Shown here: positions 1 to 9,298 of the stretch, piece after piece | Layout of the letters: every line of letters begins with the position of its first letter | Position numbering within the stretch: the stretch's first letter is position 1 | From: Opitutia bacterium | GTDB taxonomy: Bacteria > Verrucomicrobiota > Verrucomicrobiia > Opitutales > Opitutaceae | Assembly: GCA_947478395.1 (NCBI GenBank) | Contig: CANJVR010000001.1 | Span: 320,001 to 384,000, forward strand | DNA: 64,000 nt | Reading direction: 5' to 3' | Translations under genes and position numbers: made by a program | Notes under the pieces: generated by a model | Told to the model about the DNA's origin: nothing | Seen by the model: only the letters and a program-made list of their open reading frames with translations | The model's database searches: none

Positions 1-2283
1 TCATAGATTTTCTCCCGTGGCGGTTCTCTTCTGAAAGGGGTCGCTGTTCACGATCTCGGCAACGAGCGAGGAAAAGCGGTAGTCGTTTTTCGATAAGGCC
101 GTCACGATCTGCTCGACCGTGGGCCGATCATAAAATTCGAGGCCCCGACCGATGGAATACGTGAGCATCTTGTTGACGACATTGCGCACGAATAAATCCC
201 GCTTCGTATCGAGCACGGCCTTCAACCCGTCGGCGCCTTCGAATTTCTTCCCGTCTGGCAACACGCCGGACGCGTCGATCGGGGAGGCGCCGTCCTTTTC
301 CCGCCAAGCGCCGATCGGATCAAAATTTTCGAAAGCAAAACCAAGCGGGTCCATTTTCGAATGGCAGGACGCGCACACCGGGTTGGCGCGATGCTGTTCC
401 AACACCTGTCGCATCGTGCCCTTGAGTTGCTTGCCCTCCTCGAGCGGCGGCACGTTGGCCGGCGGTGGCGGCGGCGGTGTGTTGAGAATTTCCTCCATGA
501 TAAACTTACCCCGTTTCACCGGCGAGGTCCGTGTCGCATTGGAATTCAGGGCGAGCACGCTCGCCATCGTGAGCACTCCGCCGCGATGCGGCGGCGCCTT
601 TACGCGGATGAACTTATCGCCCGTCACGCCCTCGATGCCGTAAAGCTTGGCCAGCGGCTCGTTCACAAAGGTGAAATTCGCGTTGAGCAGTTCCAAGACA
701 CTGCGGTCTTCCCGAGCCACGGCTTCGAAAAACAAATCGCTTTCCTGCAGCATCGCCTGCTGCAGCCTCCGGTCGAACGCCGGAAACATCCCCGGATCGG
801 GCGAGATCAAGTCGAGTTTACGCAGCGTCAGCCATTGTTCGCAGAAATTCTGAAGGAACGAACTTGATTTGGGATCCTTGATCATCCGCCGGACCTGACC
901 CGCGAGATTGCCGCGCAACTGACCCTTCGCCGCGAGCGCAAGCAGCGCGTCATCGGGCATGCTATTCCAAAGAAAATAGGAAAGCCGGCTCGCCAGTTCA
1001 TATTCGTTGATCGTGTAGCTCTCGCCCGCCTTCACGCCCGTCGGGTCTCGTTCAACGCGAAAAAGAAAATCCGGCGACATCAACACCCGGTAAAGCGCCG
1101 CGCGAACGCCCTGCTCGAATTGTTCGCCCCGCTTTTCCGCGGCATCGTAGAACGCCAGACACTTTTCCACTTCGCCGGCGCGCAACGGACGACGGTAAGC
1201 CTTGGCGGCAAAACGCGCGACGATTTCTCTCGCCGCCTCCCGCGGCGCCAGGCCGGCCTTATGCGCCATCAGCCGCGTGTGCACCTCGGGATACTTCAAC
1301 GGCGGCACGTTGAACGGGCCTTCCACTTCCAGACTTTGGACCTGGAGCGCCGGCGCCTGTTCTTTCGCCCCAGCCGCAGGCCGCATGGGATTCAAAAACG
1401 CCACGGTCAACCGCTGGGTCTTCGGCTTCATCGCCATCTTCACCTCAAACTTCGTCGGTTGCGCGGAAGGCTTCACCGTGAATTCCTTCACGTCCTTTCC
1501 GTCCACTCGCAGCATCGCGCGCAGCGAACCGCGCGCAGACTGATTGCTGCCCAAAGAGAGGCGAACGAGGTAGTCGCCTTCCTCAAAGGAGGCGAGTCCG
1601 CCGATTTCTCCCTCGGTCAGCGCGGCTGGTAAACGCTCGGCGGCCACGGTTGCCCGGGCGGGCTTGGGCGGTTGCGCAACGATGATCGCTTGCTCGAGGA
1701 TGGATTCCGTCGCCGCCAGATATTTTTCCAACAACAACGGGGACACCGACAGCACATCGCCGATGTTGTCGAAGCCGTACCCCACGTCGTCCGCGGGAAA
1801 ATCCTCCGCCGGCTTGAAATCCACTCCGATCAAATCCCGCACCGTGTTGTTGAATTCAGTTTTATTCAGACGGCGCAGAGTAACGCGACCGGCATTGGGG
1901 GGCGTGTTGGCCGCCAACGTCGTCCGCACGCCGTGAATCGCCGCGATGACGTTGTCGACCTCAACTTGAGAAGGCTGGGGTTCGTCTTCCGGCGGCATTT
2001 CGCGGTGCGCCAGCTTTTCCACCACCATATCCCAGACGTCCGGATCTTTCTGCATGGACTGGGCATCCTTGAATTTCTCCAGCACGACATCGCCCTTCGA
2101 CTTGCCGCTGCCGTGACACGAAAAACAATTCTTCGAGACAAACGGTATGACGTCCCGCTGGAACGCGTTCTCCGCGCCCGCGAGGTTACCCGCAGATTCA
2201 GCGCCCGCGGCGAGCGTGCGGACGACCGAAGCTACACTGAGCCCTGCGAGGGCGAAAAAATGGGCGGGCAGCAGCTTACGCAC
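1..2283 (-). CDS. DUF1592/DUF1588/DUF1587/DUF1585/DUF1595-type protein with N-terminal planctomycete cytochrome c domain
   Basis: Signal peptide; CxxCH motifs (CFSCHG, CASCHS); 'LRRLNKTEFNNTVRDL', 'ELASRLSYFLWNSMPD', 'TSPVKRG' segments typical of this PVC-superphylum family. Confidence 0.85.
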   Translation of the reverse strand: MRKLLPAHFFALAGLSVASVVRTLAAGAESAGNLAGAENAFQRDVIPFVSKNCFSCHGSGKSKGDVVLEKFKDAQSMQKDPDVWDMVVEKLAHREMPPEDEPQPSQVEVDNVIAAIHGVRTTLAANTPPNAGRVTLRRLNKTEFNNTVRDLIGVDFKPAEDFPADDVGYGFDNIGDVLSVSPLLLEKYLAATESILEQAIIVAQPPKPARATVAAERLPAALTEGEIGGLASFEEGDYLVRLSLGSNQSARGSLRAMLRVDGKDVKEFTVKPSAQPTKFEVKMAMKPKTQRLTVAFLNPMRPAAGAKEQAPALQVQSLEVEGPFNVPPLKYPEVHTRLMAHKAGLAPREAAREIVARFAAKAYRRPLRAGEVEKCLAFYDAAEKRGEQFEQGVRAALYRVLMSPDFLFRVERDPTGVKAGESYTINEYELASRLSYFLWNSMPDDALLALAAKGQLRGNLAGQVRRMIKDPKSSSFLQNFCEQWLTLRKLDLISPDPGMFPAFDRRLQQAMLQESDLFFEAVAREDRSVLELLNANFTFVNEPLAKLYGIEGVTGDKFIRVKAPPHRGGVLTMASVLALNSNATRTSPVKRGKFIMEEILNTPPPPPPANVPPLEEGKQLKGTMRQVLEQHRANPVCASCHSKMDPLGFAFENFDPIGAWREKDGASPIDASGVLPDGKKFEGADGLKAVLDTKRDLFVRNVVNKMLTYSIGRGLEFYDRPTVEQIVTALSKNDYRFSSLVAEIVNSDPFQKRTATGENL

Positions 2284-2548
2284 GGAAGCAAAGAGGGGTT
2301 AGACTTCGCACGAGAAAAAAGTTGAGCCGAAGATTTCCTGGACTCAACCACGATTGACGAACCTTGGCGGGAAACGTTCTCGAACCGACTTCGATTCCAC
2401 CCCTTCTCTAAGAGGAGGACCGCTCGATGCCCGGCGCCGGCACGGGCGCCGGCGCGTCGTGGCCCCAGAGTGGTACCGTCATTCTTCAGAAATGGGTTCG
2501 GGAATTTTCATGGCGAATAGGCCGAATCGGAGTTTGAAACCTTTTTCC

Positions 2549-3439
2549 ATGAACCCTCCTACTCCGTTTCGTCCCGGATTTCTCCTCTTGATCGCGGCCG
2601 CGTGTTTCGCCCCCGGCGTTTTTGCGCAAGCGCCCAAGCTCAATATTCCCGCACCGAGTCCAGCCGCTACACTCAAGCAGCGCGTCGGCCTCACGGACAT
2701 CGAGATCACCTACTCGCGCCCCGGCATGAAAGGCCGGAAAGTTTTCGGTCCCGTTGAGACGAAGCCCCTGGAGCCCTTCGGCGAAACCTGGCGCGCGGGT
2801 GCCAACGAGGCCACGCGAATCATTTTCAGCACGCCGGTAAAAATTAACGGAAAGGAAATTCCTGCCGGCACCTATGGGCTTTTCGCCGAGCTGGGAAAAG
2901 ATGAGTGGACCGTGATTCTTAACAAAATAGCGCAGCAGTGGGGCGCCTATTCCTACAACGTGAAAGACGACGTCGTGCGCGTGAAGGCCAAGGTCACCGC
3001 GATCACGCCGGCCGTCGAGACGTTCACCATCGACGTAAACGATATCCGCGATGATTCCGCCACGATCAGTCTAGCGTGGGAAAACACGCGGGTGGCGGTG
3101 CCGTTCCAAGTCGACGTGGTCGGCCCGGTGCAGGCGCAAATCGAAGCGGTGATGGCTTCTGACGCCGCAAAAAAACCGTACGTCGAAGCCGCGATGTTTT
3201 ATCTCGACCACCACCTCGACCTGAAGAAAGCGGCCGCGTGGATGGAAGCCGCGATCGCCGCGCAGCCGGACGCCTTCTACCTCGTTTATCGCCTCGCGAA
3301 AGTTCAGGCCGCCGCCGGCGACAAGGCCGCCGCGATCGCGACCGCCAAGAAATCGATCGAAGGCGCGACGAAAGCGCCCCCCGCGCTCAAGGAAGAATAC
3401 ACGCGCCTCAACGAAGCGCTCATCACCAGCCTAAAATAA
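2549..3439 (+). CDS. DUF2911 domain secreted protein with C-terminal TPR-like helices
   Basis: 'PSPAATLKQRVGLTDIEITYSRP...WRAGANEAT' signature; start moved to ATG 2549 ahead of the signal peptide. Confidence 0.85.
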   Translation: MNPPTPFRPGFLLLIAAACFAPGVFAQAPKLNIPAPSPAATLKQRVGLTDIEITYSRPGMKGRKVFGPVETKPLEPFGETWRAGANEATRIIFSTPVKINGKEIPAGTYGLFAELGKDEWTVILNKIAQQWGAYSYNVKDDVVRVKAKVTAITPAVETFTIDVNDIRDDSATISLAWENTRVAVPFQVDVVGPVQAQIEAVMASDAAKKPYVEAAMFYLDHHLDLKKAAAWMEAAIAAQPDAFYLVYRLAKVQAAAGDKAAAIATAKKSIEGATKAPPALKEEYTRLNEALITSLK

Positions 3440-3520
3440 GAAACGGCGGCCAAGTCGTATTTCGACTGCTCACAAAAAGCCCAAAGAGCGCAAAAACAAT
3501 TCAGGGATAGATAGTGAAGT

Positions 3521-3659
3521 CTGGAGCGGATTACGTTTTCCGTGGCCGTTCTGGGTCGCGGCAGGCGTCGCTGCCTGCCGGGTTCGTCGTTATCGTTTCG
3601 GCGGGCCGGGACGCGTGCCGCTACGGCGTGAGCAGCTGCGCATTTTTACAGCGCGCTAA
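3521..3659 (-). repeat. Miniature element copy A (CTAG-type ends, internal GTAG-REP pair), degenerate
   Basis: CTGGAGCGGATT...TTTTCCGTGGCCG...GCGGCAGGCGTCGCTGCCTGCCG...GCCGCTAC...GCGCGCTAA; matches copy E at 45722-45853 in reverse orientation. Confidence 0.75.
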
Positions 3660-4480
3660 ATTTGCGAATAATCCTTCGGCGTGAGAAAGCGCGCCGTGTT
3701 CTTCGACGTGTTGTCCTTGTATTGCGGGTCGGCAGACATCGCTTTCCAGCGAGGATCCGGACTGAACTTGGCCCAGCCGGCGAGATGCGCCGCGAGATCC
3801 GGACCGCTGGTGAAATAGCGCAGGTGCGGCAGATTCGGACCGGCGACGCCTTGGCCAAAAAGGGATGGCGACATGCCGAGGTCCTTCATCAGAGAAATTT
3901 CACCCTGATTGAACATCGCCATCTTGCTGAGGGCCGCTAGCTCGCTGTGGCTCTCGTAGTCCCGCATCTCAAACACCCGCGTCGGCACGCGGTTCTTGGA
4001 AAACGCAGGCAGCTCCATCCGCGGCATACCCTGAAAGGCGCGGTACAGCCACGTGTCGATGCGATCAAACGCCGGACTTGCCTTGGGCACGGTGAGATAG
4101 TCGCCCCCTGCAGCCTGCACGGCGGCGTCGGCGTTGAGGTCCGCGCTGACGTTCATGAAAGACTCGAGCGACAAGTGCGGTATCAGCACCCAAATCGGCG
4201 AGTCGGTGATTGGCGTCGAAGTGACGGCCTTTTTATCCACCTGGATTTCGGTAAACACGCCGACGTTTTTTACGCCGCGCTGGTTTAATGCCGGGATCAA
4301 GTCCTTGGCCAGATAGCCGTCGAGCAAGGCAGCGGAGGCACCTGCCTTGAGCCGGTAGGAACGCAGCTCGTAGTAGTCACGAGCGCCGGTGGGATTTTCC
4401 GCAGCGGCGAGCGGAGTTTGACCGAGGGAGGCCATGGCAGAAGCGGTAAGTGAGGTGGTGAGGAAATCGCGACGTTTCAT
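3656..4480 (-). CDS. Tat-exported NIPSNAP family protein
   Basis: Twin-arginine 'KRRDFL' signal; 'YYELRSY' and 'VFEMRDYES' NIPSNAP-like repeats. Confidence 0.75.
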   Translation of the reverse strand: MKRRDFLTTSLTASAMASLGQTPLAAAENPTGARDYYELRSYRLKAGASAALLDGYLAKDLIPALNQRGVKNVGVFTEIQVDKKAVTSTPITDSPIWVLIPHLSLESFMNVSADLNADAAVQAAGGDYLTVPKASPAFDRIDTWLYRAFQGMPRMELPAFSKNRVPTRVFEMRDYESHSELAALSKMAMFNQGEISLMKDLGMSPSLFGQGVAGPNLPHLRYFTSGPDLAAHLAGWAKFSPDPRWKAMSADPQYKDNTSKNTARFLTPKDYSQI

Positions 4481-4710
4481 TTTGGGGCGTGTAAAAAGAG
4501 GAGAGCGCACCCTGCGGCCAGGGTCCAGCGGGAGAAAATTTAGGCGAGCATCTTGGAACCCTTTCCATCTAGACCGCACCGCGAGACCGCCATCTGGGCA
4601 AGCATTTGTGGGCGCTCAAACTCGCCCGCGGGCATCAGCTGCGGTGGGTTTAGGTTCAAGCAAGGAGAACGAACCGGGCGGTCCGTCCTCCCTCGTCACA
4701 TGAAAACCAA

Positions 4711-4812
4711 AGAGGTCGGTTTAACAAAAAACGCAGCCGCTGATGACGTAGCGGCCGGGAGCGCTGCCTGCCGCCACACCATACGGCCACGGAAAAACTA
4801 AAACCGCTCTCG
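4711..4812 (+). repeat. Miniature element copy B (internally collapsed, single REP)
   Basis: GACGTAGCGGC...CTGCCTGCCGCCAC followed by the conserved tail ACGGCCACGGAAAAACTAAAACCGCTCT. Confidence 0.7.
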
Positions 4813-4814
4813 CT

Positions 4815-6503
4815 TTACTGCCATTCGAGGACGAGCAGCGAAACCGCTTGCCGCGGCAGCGCGAACTTCAAGGTAGCCCCACCGTTCTCGACGCGCACAT
4901 CCGATGGTTCAGCGAGCAGAGTGAGTTTACCGGCCTTTTCCATTTCTACATACTGCGCCTGGTTCGGCGAGGTGGGAGACCCGTATTTTTTCCAAACGCT
5001 GAATGCGTTGCTGTGGGTTTCATCGATACGGTAATGGGTGAGCCGCGCCTGGCCCGCGCCGATGGGCAAATGGGCGACAGCGAGCTCTACCGCGGCCTCC
5101 GGCCCGGCGAGATCGTCGTCGTGATAATGCCAGACCATCACGGAAAGTTTTTTCGCTTCGAGGCCCGTGAGGGCCGCGACATCGGGTTTCCCGCGGACGC
5201 CGTCGCGCATCATCGCATCGAGCGGAATTTCGCCCGTGCTCGTCGTCGACAGCCGTTTGCCGCCCATCTTGCTGAACATGCGGAAAACATTCATGACGGG
5301 CAGGTCGATCCCGCCCGTGGACAACGTCCGCTGGCCGGCGAAAAAGGGCTGGTCCTCGAATTCAAACGACCACGTGAGTGCGCCGTCGAGATTCACTCCG
5401 CGCCGGTCGGCGAGCACATGTTTGCGAGCGAAAACGGCGGCCGTGTAGCTCGAGAACATCGTGGTGTTGCGGTAGCCGAGCTGCGGCCCCTGGCACGCGG
5501 CACAGCCGTCGGGATCGGATTCGCCAATGACGATCGGCTTGTCCTTCAACTCCGGCACGGCCGCGATCAGCGCGAAGCCGGCGTCGACGGCACGAAGTTG
5601 GTTGGAAATCCCGAGCCGCACGTGGTTGTCGACGAAACTCGGCGAACCCTTTGCGTGGAAGGAGACGAAATCGGTGGGCGTCCCCTTGGCTCCCGTGGCG
5701 TAGTTGTTGCCGCGCGCGACATGGGCGAGGAAATCCTCCATGAACTTGCCGCCTGCGCCGGCGACATCGGGTCCGCCCACTCGCGCCGTCGGCAGTGCGC
5801 GTTTCACGCCGGCGATCGCGTAGTCGTGCACCTTGCAGAACTCCTCGACGGTACCGTGCCAGTAGGACGCAAGGTTGGGCTCGTTCCAAACTTCCCAGTA
5901 CCACTTCTCGACCTCGACTTTGCCGTAGCGCTCAACGCAGTGCTTCACCCACTGGTAAACGAGCTCGCTCCATTTGTTATAGTCCTTGGGCGGGTAGCCC
6001 CAACCGGCCCCGATGTTACCGGTGCCAGCGCCGGGCCGCCATTCGTGCTGATACGGGGTCGGCTGCGTCGACATGGCCTCGGGCATGAAGCCGATTTGGG
6101 CATAGGGCCGCACGCCGCGGGCGCGGTAGGTGTCGAAAATCCGATCCACGATCGTCCAGTCATAGATCGGCCGGCCGGCGGCGTCCTCGGTGTAGATATT
6201 CGTGCTGCCCCATTTGTAGGCCGGCGTGCCGTCGCCGGTGTTGAGCAGATTATGCGTGCGGAAAAACAGGTCGTCCTTCCGCAGCTCGCCGAGTTCGCCG
6301 AGCAGTTTCTTTCCGTCCTTCATGTAGGCGTAGTTCGGCTCGTCGGCGCCGAAGAAGCGCCAGATCGGCTTTAACTCACCGACGGGCTTGGCGGCGTCGA
6401 CTTGGATCGAAACTGGAAACGGAACCGCGGGCGTGGGCGCCGTCTGGGCAAATACACTGAGGCCGAACAGAAAAACGAGGGGCGCGGAGACGGGGAATTT
6501 CAT
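4815..6503 (-). CDS. GH39 beta-xylosidase-like glycoside hydrolase, secreted
   Basis: 'WRFFGADEPNYAY', 'WEVWNEPN' acid/base and 'IGESDPDGCAAC' nucleophile region; signal peptide. Confidence 0.85.
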   Translation of the reverse strand: MKFPVSAPLVFLFGLSVFAQTAPTPAVPFPVSIQVDAAKPVGELKPIWRFFGADEPNYAYMKDGKKLLGELGELRKDDLFFRTHNLLNTGDGTPAYKWGSTNIYTEDAAGRPIYDWTIVDRIFDTYRARGVRPYAQIGFMPEAMSTQPTPYQHEWRPGAGTGNIGAGWGYPPKDYNKWSELVYQWVKHCVERYGKVEVEKWYWEVWNEPNLASYWHGTVEEFCKVHDYAIAGVKRALPTARVGGPDVAGAGGKFMEDFLAHVARGNNYATGAKGTPTDFVSFHAKGSPSFVDNHVRLGISNQLRAVDAGFALIAAVPELKDKPIVIGESDPDGCAACQGPQLGYRNTTMFSSYTAAVFARKHVLADRRGVNLDGALTWSFEFEDQPFFAGQRTLSTGGIDLPVMNVFRMFSKMGGKRLSTTSTGEIPLDAMMRDGVRGKPDVAALTGLEAKKLSVMVWHYHDDDLAGPEAAVELAVAHLPIGAGQARLTHYRIDETHSNAFSVWKKYGSPTSPNQAQYVEMEKAGKLTLLAEPSDVRVENGGATLKFALPRQAVSLLVLEWQ

Positions 6504-6831
6504 AGTGGGAGAAACGGACAGGGGGTGGATTAAGCCTCCAGATTGTGGTCCAAACACCAGCAACCAACAACCCGAGAATTTATGGATCGTCCGGAACCGA
6601 GGTAGCTTTCGGGCACGAACGCAGATCTAACCTGGCTTGCGGACGCCACCTCGCGGACGGCTTAGACCAACGCTCCGGCCATAAATTTTGATTCGAACGG
6701 CCGCGGATGGTGTTTTGCGGCGCACCGCTTTTTTCCGCTGGCGCGCTTGGCTCGACGAAAGACGTCTCGTTAGTAAACGGGGCACGACCGCCAAAAGCGT
6801 CATCGCTCGGCGCAGCGACCGCCCCGGAAAC

Positions 6832-7737
6832 TCAGTTCGTTGCGGACCGCAGGTATTTGTCCAGATACGCCAGCACGAGCGGGCGCAGATCACGCTCCTT
6901 AGGCTCTAGGTCAAACGTGTGCGGGGCTCCTGGGATCAGAACCAGTTCGTGGGGCACGCCCGCTTTTTTCAAAACGGCGGCCAGCAGCTCACTCTGGTCG
7001 ACTTTGACCGTGTCATCGGCCGTGCCGTGGACCAGCAGCATCGGGGCATCGTTCGCATCCGCGTAGTTGGTGGGCGAACCGCGGCGATAAAGCTCCGGCG
7101 CCTCAGCGCGCGTCTTCGCGAACATTTTCATGTCGTGATAAGTCATCAGGTCGACGGCGCCATAGAAATCGATCGCGCAGCGCACGGCCGCCGAAATTTC
7201 CGGATAGGGGCTCGCCGCGTCGAATTCATCGCGAGGGCCAGTGAGGGCGAGCATGCCCGCGAGGTTGCCGCCTGCCGAACAGCCAATCACCGCAATACGG
7301 GTGGGATCGAGCCCGAGACGGTCGGCGTTTTTTCGCAGCCAGCGCACCGAGGCCTTTGCGTCGTAAACGGGCTGCGGCCACGTCGCGACGCCCTTTTCCT
7401 TCGCGAGTCGGTAGTTGATACTCATGCCGACATAGTCGTGCAGCGCGAGCGTGCGCCCGATGTTGATTTCCCGCGGTCGGCCTTTGTCGCCGTCGTTGAA
7501 GCCACCACCGTGAATGATAACAACCGCAGGGAGTTTACGACCTGTCGGCATGGTCAGTGGAAAATAAAGGTCGGCCTTTTCCGCCCGGTTGTCCGGCAAG
7601 TAAGCGACGTCGTGTTCGATGCGGACGTCCGTCGGCCAGACCACCGGTTTCAGCGGGGCGGGCGCTGGCGTTTGCGCGCGCACGACGCACGGGGAATACG
7701 AGCCAATCAGAGCGAGAAAAAGAAATCGTTTCATCAC
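6832..7737 (-). CDS. Secreted alpha/beta hydrolase (BD-FAE/carboxylesterase-like)
   Basis: HGGG oxyanion motif, GCSAGG nucleophile elbow, HGTADDTV, C-terminal His. Confidence 0.85.
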   Translation of the reverse strand: MMKRFLFLALIGSYSPCVVRAQTPAPAPLKPVVWPTDVRIEHDVAYLPDNRAEKADLYFPLTMPTGRKLPAVVIIHGGGFNDGDKGRPREINIGRTLALHDYVGMSINYRLAKEKGVATWPQPVYDAKASVRWLRKNADRLGLDPTRIAVIGCSAGGNLAGMLALTGPRDEFDAASPYPEISAAVRCAIDFYGAVDLMTYHDMKMFAKTRAEAPELYRRGSPTNYADANDAPMLLVHGTADDTVKVDQSELLAAVLKKAGVPHELVLIPGAPHTFDLEPKERDLRPLVLAYLDKYLRSATN

Positions 7738-7741
7738 GGGT

Positions 7742-9295
7742 TCAAAGGCCGGGAATCGCGTCGTGCAGCGGCGTGGAGCGCGCCGCGCTCAGGGCCATCT
7801 CGGTCCGCTCTGCGATCACCACGGGGAAATCGAAGAGCGGCAGGTCCGCGAATACGGCCACGCCATTTTCATCGCGCGGCACCGGCAGCGTCTGCACGGA
7901 CCCGTCGAGCAAGTTGACGAGCACCGGCGCCGTGAATTTTACGCCCGGCACCTGCAACGAAATCCGCGCGGGTTTCGGCGTGTATTCCTGCGGTTGCCAA
8001 GGGAGCCAGTAAGCCACGAGCGAGGCTCCTTGGGCGGTGCGATAACCCGTGACCAGCGGAACCGACGGATAGGCGTCGTCCGCGTCGCCCACGCCGGAAA
8101 ACTGACCGGGATCGCGCACGGTGACGACCGGCTTGGTGGCAAACTCGACGGGCCGATAGCGCGCGTCGAAAAGCGCCGTGAGATTTTGATAGGCGTAAAA
8201 GGCGGGCTTCGGCGTGAGGTCGGGGTTCGAGAGGAGACATTTTTCGTTCACCCCCTTGCCGCGGACCCGCCGACCGGTCGCTTCCGCCGGAAATCCGAGC
8301 AAAAGATCGACCGGCTTCAATTCCGGGCGCGCTTGTTTTTCGGCGCGATCTCCACCGTCGTAGAGTTTGAAGAAATTACTCAGCGAGCAGCGCATGAAAA
8401 AAGTGTCCACGAAAGACTGCCGCAGCAGCCACTTGGCCTGTACGATCGGACCCCACGGACTCATTCCCCGAAAATCCTTTGTACTACTGGCGGACGGATA
8501 GCCGCACTCGCCCTGCCAAAGTTGCAGCTTCGGATTGTGGGCCTTAAGCGCGGTCCAGGTATCGTCGGCAAAATAGATCCGGGCCTCGGGCAACGGGGCG
8601 TAGTTGTGAAAGGAAACGATATCGACGGCGTGCGCGGTATCCTCGGCCAAGAACCCGGAGACAAACTGCGGATCGAGCCCGGCGAGCGCACCGGCGATGA
8701 TCACCGCATCGGGCTGTGCGGCGCGAATGCGCGCGGCCGTGAGCCGGACCAGTTTGCCGTACGACGCAGCATCAGGCGGCCCGCCCCAGTAGGCGTAGTG
8801 ATTGGGCTCGTTCCAGATTTCCCAGTGCGTGACCCGATCCTTCGCGTGGGCAATCACTGCGTCCACATAGCGGAGCCAGGCGGCCATCGCCGCGTCGTCG
8901 AGAATCGGCGGCGCAGGCTTCACGCCATAGATGAGCCGCCAATTCGGATCGGGATTAGGGATCGTCCCGGAGTAAAGTTTGTTGCCGTTGCTGATGCAGA
9001 CGAAGGGCGTGATCCCATGGGCGCGCGCGGCGTTGACCGGCTCATCGAGCGACGAAAAATCGTAACGCCCTTTTTCCCGCTCGATGGTCGGCCAGACGGC
9101 GAGAAACCGGGTCCACTTCACCCCGAGTTCTCCGGCGCGATCAAAAAGCGTCACACGCTCGTTGTCTCCGGCCTGCACCCCCCAAGGGGAGGCCACCGTA
9201 TCAGCCGAACGCCGCGGGGTGAGATACCCCACGGGCGCGGCCACCAAGCGAGCGGCGGCGACGATGAGGCCAGCCATGATCCAGTGCGATTTCAT
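7742..9295 (-). CDS. Secreted clan GH-A glycoside hydrolase (GH5/GH39-like, family uncertain)
   Basis: 'WEIWNEPN' and 'LWQGECGY' catalytic Glu motifs; signal peptide. Confidence 0.7.
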   Translation of the reverse strand: MKSHWIMAGLIVAAARLVAAPVGYLTPRRSADTVASPWGVQAGDNERVTLFDRAGELGVKWTRFLAVWPTIEREKGRYDFSSLDEPVNAARAHGITPFVCISNGNKLYSGTIPNPDPNWRLIYGVKPAPPILDDAAMAAWLRYVDAVIAHAKDRVTHWEIWNEPNHYAYWGGPPDAASYGKLVRLTAARIRAAQPDAVIIAGALAGLDPQFVSGFLAEDTAHAVDIVSFHNYAPLPEARIYFADDTWTALKAHNPKLQLWQGECGYPSASSTKDFRGMSPWGPIVQAKWLLRQSFVDTFFMRCSLSNFFKLYDGGDRAEKQARPELKPVDLLLGFPAEATGRRVRGKGVNEKCLLSNPDLTPKPAFYAYQNLTALFDARYRPVEFATKPVVTVRDPGQFSGVGDADDAYPSVPLVTGYRTAQGASLVAYWLPWQPQEYTPKPARISLQVPGVKFTAPVLVNLLDGSVQTLPVPRDENGVAVFADLPLFDFPVVIAERTEMALSAARSTPLHDAIPGL

Positions 9296-9298
9296 CGG